Source: Bugula neritina | Lineage: Eukaryota; Animalia; Bryozoa | Assembly (NCBI GenBank): GCA_964035545.1 | Contig: OZ037767.1 | Location: 5,782,707-5,846,706 of the forward strand | Length of the DNA stretch: 64,000 nt | Reading direction: 5' to 3' | Shown here: one piece after another, positions 55,101 through 64,000 of the stretch | Layout: the number at the start of each line of letters is the position of its first letter | Numbering within the stretch: the stretch's first letter is position 1 | The notes under the pieces: model-generated | The model's input: the letters and a program-made list of their open reading frames with translations, nothing else | What the model was told of the DNA's origin: nothing | Database searches by the model: none | Translations under genes and position numbers: made by a program

Positions 55101-58100
55101 AATATATAATAATATAAATATTTGTAGTGTAGTTGCTGCGTTTATAAATCATTGTAATCTGCTGCACTATAAACATTCTAGCTTTTGTATACTAAATGTT
55201 CTGCATGTATAATATATATTTTTATATAGTAAATAAGGCTGAAATTAATTTAAACCATAAATATATTATGTAGTTAGGCACGGCACATTCCTACACAGAG
55301 CTTGAACAGCTATTATGAGTCATTTAAAAATAAGTAAACTTTCTCTTGGGTAGTTGAATACCCGCATGCCCTTAATAGACATTCAAGTGTTCAAAAAACG
55401 ATTCAATTAAAGGTTTCAATTATTATTACAAATTTTATTGCACAGGTAATTTAATAGTTATATTGGTTATAAAGCAGAAATAATATTAATTTATGAGTAG
55501 TGTTAATATTGCTACATGTATTTTGTAGTTTTCTTAAAGAGACTCCACACTATCTGGTAACCAAAGGAAAGCACAAAGAAGCTGAAAAAATGTTTCTTCA
55601 CATGGCCAGTGTGAATGGTAAAACTCTACCTGAAAACTTCATGGATGAGTTGAAAGAAGGAGAAGAAGCAGCTGTGACTGAGAAACTGAAAAGTATTCTT
55701 AAAGCTCCGGTGCTTCTCAAAAGGACAGCCATTTCATTCTATCTTTGGTGAGAAATATAATAGTGGTTGTGACTTCATGCATACTTGATTATAGTAATGC
55801 CAAGAATAACAAAATGTTGGATTGCTCAGCTTTTCAACTTCCACAACTAATCTTATATAAGCCTGATGATCTACTTAGTAATTCTATAATTAACACACAC
55901 TCAATGAGATACACACTCAACACCGTAGAAAAGAATTTTGTAAATAAAGCTGAAAGCTATGTTATATAATAATACATGCTAAGCGTATTGCATGGTAGCC
56001 AAAAGAATCAACAGAGTGTTATATTGCCGAGTCGTATATTTTATTTCCTAATGTTCCTGGTAGATATTTCAATCGTGATACTGAAATGTGATTTCAAAAC
56101 ATAGAAAGATAAATAATCTCATGAAAAATTAATATGTACAATAACTGAAACAGTTTAAAAACAAATACATGCAAATGTAACAATAATGTATAAGTTATAA
56201 CTTATATAGTTAAATGTATAAATAAATAATAGATCACAAAAAGTTGTTACCTTATTCCTCCTTTTAGGCGATTAATGTGATAATCAACCAAATGAAAAAA
56301 CAATTTCAAACTGAATAATAATTTCTGTGACGCTATTTGCTTAATTATAGTAAACATTCGCTTTTTCTCTTGCTCCTCTCATATTGTGTATGCTCAAGCT
56401 AATTATTAGGTTGCTATCAGCTATAAAGCTAGCTTTCAATAAAAATAGCTGTCATTAATATAGTTATAAGAAAAACTGCCTTTTATGTAATTTATGCTTT
56501 ACTGATTATGGACTTTACATTAAGCCTTAATTGAAACGTCACAGAAAATTTAGGCTTGATCCAAAGTTCTACTTTTTGCATAAAAGACTTGCGCTTTATA
56601 TGACTTTAAGCTTGATGTTGCGGATTTGTTATAAACATTAATTTTAAAGCAAATATTGTATAAATAGTGACTTAATAATCTAGTTTTTCATTTACTGTTT
56701 GATAGCTGAATGTATGATCTACAGATAGTCAGCAAACTTTGACCCTAAATTAAATGCTGTATTCAATCATTGCACAATTAAAATCTGCCCTAATAATACA
56801 CTACACCCACACGAAACACTGGATCTGTTACGGATTACATCAATGACAAACCTATAAACCTATGTTTGTGGTTTTATTCATTGACACTGTCTCGTTTCCG
56901 GAAAGAAAGATTTATCCACACAATGCAAGCATGGTGAAGTAGTGGTAGTAGTTCCCAGTACCAAAAATTCTGAACTATAAATATTGCTCTGCTAATTGCT
57001 GGTTTTATTGTAGGTTTGTATTTGGTCTCAGCTTTTATGGTCTAAGTTTCAATGTAGCCCATTTGACTGGCAGCATTTACATCAACCACGTCATCATATC
57101 TGGAGTGGCGAGTCTACCTACGATACCCCTCTTTTTTCTGTCTCACAGACTCGGCAGAAAACTCATATCAATTCTGTCGCTATCTGTAGGCGGAGCTATG
57201 CTAATAGCCGCAGCTTTTCTAAATGCTTACGTTGATCTCTCAAGTAAGTACAAAAATTGTACATACATATGTTTTTTTGTAGAAGTCAGTAGCTTTTTGA
57301 ACTATTAAGATTTATTCTCTTCTTCTGGAATATATTTTCTTTTTTAGCAAAGTTTTTAAAACTCATAAGTGGTTCTACAAAACTGTATACTTAGGAGTTG
57401 AAAATGTAAACAACTATTTGTGTGCCTTTTGATGTTTCATCCTGAATTTTATATTTTACTAGTTCAATGCTGCTTAAGGTAGAGAGAAACTGTGCATACA
57501 AGTTATATGCTCTCGGTTCTGTATAGTAGGCAGTACTTTATTTGCAGATGAAATAAAAAATATGAGGGCTATTGAAAGCTATGCCAAAAGGTTTTAACAG
57601 ATGTTTTTTCAAAAGTTCAAAATATGCTTTCTATTTAAAGCTATTTAACATCTGTTACATCTTTTGAACCTATTATTATCTACAAAATCCACTATCAGTA
57701 TTTATGTGGGATATGTGTAGTCTGTAGTAGCTGTGACTGTTCTTCATTTTCAAAAAATAAGTTTATAACTTATTACATACGTTTTGATTAACTGAAGAAA
57801 TATCTACTAGCTCACTAACCTTTTATGTACATGCCAAATATTGATATTCAATTAATCTTTGTGACAATTTAAAACATAAAAAATTATCGGTATACTATTA
57901 TATTAGATTCAATCTTCTCCATAGATTTGTGGTCAAGTAGATGCATGTTGATTTTGTTATGTATAATGTAGTGTATTTCTTTTGTGTTGCTTTTCATAAT
58001 AAAATAATCCCTAATATATTAGATATACTAGGATACTAAACAAAATTTAGTCCAACAGGTTTCTAACAAGCAATTGGGGCACTACAGCCTTAAATATAAA

Positions 58101-60295
58101 AATATTTTTTTATTTGTCGAATGCATTTGACAGGTTCTTCTATGCAGCTGTATTATCATTACTTTCCATTTTTAGGATACAGTTATGTCACCATCATAGT
58201 GTCCATGATAGGTAAAGTTGGCGTAGCAACTGTGTTTTCAATGAGTTACCTGTGGTGCTCTGAATTCTACCCTTCAACATTAAGGTCTACTCTCGTTGGA
58301 CTATCTTCGCTGTTTGCTAGAGTCGGAAGTGTTTTGGCACCCATCATTGTGGACTTGGTAAACATACTTGCTGAGCTATAATTTTGTTCTCCCTTTTGTT
58401 GCACATGCTGATTTAGTTTGCTTAAATGTTTCTTGCTACCATTTTGTGTTACAACAATCATAATATGATTACAGTATTCATGTGTTAGTTATACTTCATT
58501 AGTAATCAGTACTGTTAGGTAACTTCTTGTTTATATCCAAAAGAATATTTAGGGTTGTTGAGTATGGGCCCACCTTGTACAATATACAGCACAAGGAACC
58601 ATGGTTTGATAATGCCTTTTTCTTATTCCACTCTTGAAGATTAAGCCAGCGCTTTTAAAACTTAAATTATAGATGGCTGTAAGTTACGACAACTGCAATT
58701 AATATTACAGAGTTGTCTTGCACAAGAATGCTTCTTCGACAAAATCAAAATAATTTTTTTATGAAATAAACTCATATTTATAGAAGCAGCATGAGTAGCC
58801 AAGCTAGATGCTAATTTTTTAGGTACATGCTTGCAGTGCTTATGGTTCTAGCTATAAGCTAGTGTCTCATTGCACTGCCAGCAATTTTTCAGACTTTAGT
58901 TTAAGCTTGTGTTAAAGTTGTAGTAACAGAGTAAGTCCAAATGGATGTTGAAAACTAGTTAGCAGCATAGTACATTAGAAGTATAAGATAATTTGTAATC
59001 ATAACAAGATATATGTCTGAACTGGTAATTTCTCATAAAGATAGAACATTTTACTTTGGAATAAATTTCTGGTAGAAGCTGAAGGTCTTAATCAATCTCG
59101 TTAGCCTAATTTGAGTCAAAGCTTAGTTAGTTGACAAGAAAATACATTCGCCAATCAGGTTCTCATAAACAAATTAACAATGAACTTTGACAACATTTCA
59201 AAGAACAACAAAACGGAAAAAGTAAATTAAATAAACTTACAATGAAACAAATTCATGTTACATTATGCATTGAATTGTAAATGTTAATTTTTTACAGAAT
59301 ATGCATGTGAAGACAATATTTGGGCCAAGTTTGGGAAGTCTCATCTTTGGCATCACGATGTTTATTGCAGCCATCTTGGCCTATTTCCTTCCAGAGACTA
59401 ACATGAAGAAAATTCCAGAAACAATTGCAGAGGCTAATGTCTTCGTTACTAAAAATTGGTAAACCGTGTGTCATTTATAGACAAAAATTTGTGTCTGGGA
59501 GAGGTTTTGTTTTGAAAGAAGATTGCCTGAGTTTATATATATTATAGTTTGGTGGTTCATTACCTAAAAATCAATAGTAAGTCTACAAAAATAAAATGTC
59601 TAATAGCAACAAAAGATGTGCATGTTTAAACAAGATCAAAGTGAATGTATAAAAAGTTTTTTAATTCTAAAATGCTTTTATACTCACAATTCAATTAAAT
59701 AATTTTAACAGAAATGATTATTTTACAATTGTTTTTTTCATTATAAAAACAACTCATAAAATATATTGCCATGTGATTCTTGTTAGTATAGAGTGACTGA
59801 GAATGATTAATCTTTTTAGTTGACAGATTTAGCTTTTACTTTTAGATTTAATTATTTGCTTGCAGGATTTTAAATAAAGGCTTAAAGTAAAAACTGTGAA
59901 CTGTATACTTCTCTTAGTTACATGTGCACAATTGATTTTCCAAAAAACTGCAAGTAACCATTAAAAGTAATTGGCATGTACAAAGTGATAGTTGACGTAG
60001 TAGCTTTTTGAATCCATGAAAATATGCTTAGCATAAATTTATTTATTTAAAACTTTACGGTTTTTGCAGGGAACTATGATAAAAACACTGCAAATCTAAA
60101 ACAAGTCACCAAAATTGGTTATTTGTGTTGCACGTTTATATCATGGATTCACATAACAAAATTACTTCTTCAATAAGTTAATAATTTTAAAAATGATGAT
60201 ATTTTGTAGTAATTTCTGATCTTTTCCATCATTTTAGGTCAAGGAAGCTGTCTGTAGATGAAAGCGACAGTGAAGAAACAACAAAGCCATTGTAA
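52194..60295 (+). CDS. SLC22-family organic ion transporter paralog F, ~546 aa
   Basis: Exons 52194-52351, 52452-52653, 53063-53166, 53517-53671, 54441-54612, 55529-55747, 57014-57243, 58176-58357, 59298-59458, 60238-60295 (WSRKLSVDESDSEETTKPL*). Motifs DRIGRK, EFYPSTLR, ARVG, LPET. Confidence 0.92.
54640..55120. repeat. Degenerate AT-rich low-complexity (ATAAT-like) tract in intron 5 of F
   Basis: Recurrent ATAAT/ATATT/ACAAT pentamers. Confidence 0.55.
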
Positions 60296-60846
60296 CCATC
60301 AGCCTTGCTATACATTTACCTACTCGCCTAGATTCGACAATATCATCTAACTCAAAACTTAATCAACATTAAATAACACCAGCTGCTTGGTATCTTCATC
60401 ACGGAGCCATGCGAATAATTGATTTTGTCAACAATTTGATGAAAGTCATCTTGCTAACTGTTTGGTCTAAAAATATTAGTTTTACATAATGAAATCTGGC
60501 TGTGAAATATTTTCTCTTTTGATTTGGTATAATATTATATTCTATCATAAAACTCTATAATTATTGGTCATATTATCATGTGTTGCAATATAACTTAAAT
60601 TGATGGTAATAAAATGTTTTGCTAATAACACAGAATTTTACCAAGACTAATTCTGCAGACATCTACATTATTTTTGCATATGTTGCAATTTAAACTCTGT
60701 GACTTTATTATCAATGTATTTTGTTTGTCATGCCAAATTGACAGTTCTTTAAAAAACACGTTTATTAAGTCTTTTATTTTACCTCTAAAAAGTCATAGCT
60801 TTTGATACCACGCACAGTCATTGATTACAACTATAGAAAATGGTTG

Positions 60847-60847
60847 C

Positions 60848-60888
<41 letters not shown>

Positions 60889-60970
60889 CTCACACACGCA
60901 CACACGCACACGCACTCACACACACACACACACGCACTCACACGCACACGCACACGCACACACACGCACG

Positions 60971-61021
<51 letters not shown>
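60847..61021. repeat. (CA)n/(CACG) compound microsatellite ending in (TA)n
   Basis: Directly visible. Confidence 0.95.
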
Positions 61022-61022
<1 letters not shown>

Positions 61023-61062
61023 AGTTTCTACTATTGCGAAGGTGTGGGCCATGGTACTCTGT

Positions 61063-61109
61063 TCTGTGCTGATGAGGGGACAAATCCCGAAACAGCTGCT
61101 GTCCACAGA
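61063..61109 (+). ncRNA. Minimal type I hammerhead ribozyme motif (Penelope-like element / retrozyme type)
   Basis: TCTGTG-CTGATGA-GGGG ACAAA TCCC-GAAA-CAG CTG CTG-TC^CACAGA: intact CUGAUGA and GAAA boxes, stem I 6 bp, stem II 4 bp, short stem III, GUC triplet ending at 61103. Confidence 0.85.
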
Positions 61110-61111
61110 TT

Positions 61112-61246
<135 letters not shown>

Positions 61247-61456
61247 CATTTCTATAATAGGTGGTAAGCTAACTTTTATCATTGCCAAACTTGAAGAATT
61301 TTGACAATGTAAATCAAAGTTCGTAAAGGAAAAGTGAAGTTATTTATAGTAATACTACTGCATAAGTGCTGATTATATATGCTGGGTGAACAGAGATTCA
61401 ACAGTTTGTAAAAGTAAATTTATTTTATTTCATCAATAATCTGTGAATGTGCAAGC

Positions 61457-64000
61457 ATGGCTTCTACAAAGTATAAAATAGACTCTGTACTTGAAAAAGC
61501 AGGAGCTTTTGGAAAATACCAGTGGTTCCAAGTTGTTTTAAGCAGTTCTGGTTCCTTTATGGTTGCCTGCCATTTTCTGGTTATAGTTTTCCATTCAATC
61601 ACACCAAAACACAGGTAGGTAAATATTTACTTTTTTAGTGAAATAATTTATTCTCTTTCATGTTATAACACAAAAGCTTGTTGAATTATATAAAATCTTT
61701 TACGTGTCATGGGAAAACCAAATATTTTATGTCAACTATGATACGGAAATATCTACTTTTAGATGTAAACTACCAGACTGGAAAAATGACACCTTCTCTC
61801 CATTCAGTGAAGTTCACAATCAATCAATATATCAATGGATACCAGTTGATAAAGATGGAATCCTTGATTCTTGTAAGATATATACTAATAATAATAAGAC
61901 TGTTGAGTGTGAAGAACATGTGTTTGATAAATCAGTGTACTGGGGAGTCACTCTCAATGAACAGGTTAGTGGTGGTACAGAGTGAAACATACTAAGTAGA
62001 TGACAATAACTTTTGAAATAATTTAATCACAATTAGTAATGACAGTTTTAATGATGTAATTGTTTTGACAATAATTGTGAGTTTGCAATGGAAGCGTTGA
62101 TAGAAAGACAAACTTTTATCATAAAATATATAAAAAAAATGTTGTGGTGGTCTGATTAAAATCAAACTATTTGTGTTTTTTTGCTTCAATACCCTTGCAA
62201 AATTAATATATATCATCTGTCATCAATTCTTAGTGTTTAATGAAGTGTTTAACTTGGTAATAACTTTAAAGTTTCGCTTATATCTCTGCTTAAAAAGTAC
62301 GGAGCTTACGCAACTTTATGGAATTTCATTGTAGTTTGACATGGTGTGTGGAAACAGCTGGGCAGGCACAACAGTAAAAGTAATATACACTTGCGGTCTA
62401 ATAATTGGAGCTTTTGGTGCTGGAATAATCGGGGACAGGTAACCTTGCAAGCTAAAGTTAGTAACTAGACACAATTTAAAATATTTAAAGAGATTAAGAT
62501 GACTAATCAGTTAGTGGATTAGTGCTGAATGAAGTAGAAAGACAACTCCATTTCTAAATGATGAAGTAGCCTATATCACATGATGATAATTAATTTCATG
62601 GTAACGATACAAGAAACGTCAAATATTTTATACTAAATTTCAAAGTGGTTCAATTTAAAAACTGCTTTTATGTATTTGTATCAAATATACAGAGTAGTAA
62701 TAAAGTAACATATAATGGTGGTATTTTTATTTTTTGACTAGAAGAGCATTTTAATAGTGCTTTAGAATTCAAGTTTTCATTCATATTCAATACTGGTACC
62801 AGCAACTTTGCAGCTTGCCATGAAATGAAAATAAGCATCATGCTCTATAGCAATCAGCTGGTAATCTACAATTTCTTTGAAATCACATCTGTTCAACTGC
62901 TAATTAGTAAACAGAACAATTTTCAAAGCTTTGAAAATCTCTAGTTTTTGTTCACAGCACCTGGTTTTGTTAATCTTCTACTGCCATCAACATTTATTTT
63001 TAAAGTATTAACCTTTCAAAACAAAAATCAGTTTTTAGCTGAGCAGTAGCAAAAAGTAGAATGGTTTGTACATAAAAGGCAGCTCATAATGTAAAAATAA
63101 TGCGCTTTTTATATAGTAACTCTATACTGATTTTGGCACTTGCGCCATCTACATGATTTCTGGTTAGAAAACATACACTAAATATTTTAAAAGTTCCAGT
63201 CTTAAAAGTGATATGTAGGTTTCTTCATGCTGTAGTCTTTGAACCTAAATCAATGCCTTCAATTCATGAGGGGCCCAGTTTCCCAGACTCTATACCTATT
63301 GCTTTTACTACTTGGTAGGATTGGCAGAAGACTTGCTTTGATTGGTTTTTATTTTGTGGGAGGAGCAGCAGGCATAGTGACAGCATTCTCAGTCAACTAT
63401 TACATGTTTGCAGCTCTGAGGTTTATTGTTGGCATGAGTATGGTTGGAATCCCACTGCTAAGAAGTATCATTGGTAAAAATAAACCCATGAATATAGCTC
63501 TTTAAATGCATTTAAAAGTTTGTACTTATATAGGCCAAACCTAAAAACTCTACTTTGAATTTGTTCAGCATCTTTTGTTTGTTCCATCTCTAAATGCAGG
63601 TTTTAACCTAAAGATTTGATGATGTCAATATTGTCATTTTTAGCTTTAGAAATAACTGGACCTTCAAAGAGAAGCTATATTTTTGCAATAACTTCGGTAT
63701 TTTGGCCGTCGGGAGCTATGTTTTTGGGACTGCTAGCATATCTGATACAGGATTGGAACTGGTTACAGATAACAATTTCAATACTACCTGTGCTAGTTGG
63801 AGTTCTTACTATTTTGTAAGTAGTTGTTAGTAATACAAATGATTTAACTCTAATGAAAAACTCTATAAAACGTTAGAGTAATAATTTTGTTAAAATACTC
63901 AAACTTGTTCTATGCACATAAGTTATAATATGCATGTTCTTGAGTTTGTAGCTTCTTAAAGGAGACTCCACACTATCTGGTAACTAAAGGAAAGCACAAA
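61457..64000 (+). CDS. SLC22-family organic ion transporter paralog G (exons 1-6, truncated by the window end)
   Basis: Exons 61457-61614, 61763-61964, 62335-62438, 63319-63473, 63644-63815, 63952->64000. Motifs DRIGRR, EITGPSKR, KETPHYL. Confidence 0.92.

Overview
AT-rich metazoan (invertebrate-like) genomic DNA with GT-AG introns. Most of the window is a cluster of seven SLC22-family (MFS organic ion transporter) paralogs: A, B, C on the minus strand, D on plus, E on minus, F and G on plus. A and G run off the window ends. All seven share one exon/phase layout (about 149-158/202/104/155/172/219/230/182/161 nt plus a variable tail). The cluster evolves as a mosaic: exon 2 (large extracellular loop) is almost identical at DNA level in six otherwise strongly diverged paralogs, and exon 6 (cytoplasmic loop) is homogenised in D/E/F/G, while the transmembrane exons diverge. 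D and E are an inverted duplicate pair enclosing a previously unapparent 5-exon, ~180-aa orphan gene with a tail-anchor-like C-terminus. A near full-length RTE-clade LINE with a single nonsense codon carries an HDV-like ribozyme core in its 5' UTR and lies in the upstream region of E. A minimal hammerhead ribozyme motif lies between microsatellites just upstream of G. Also present are nested non-autonomous DNA transposons, tRNA-derived SINEs, a double perfect palindrome upstream of F, candidate microexons and many microsatellites. Exon coordinates were read by eye and may be off by a base or two; no database searches were run.
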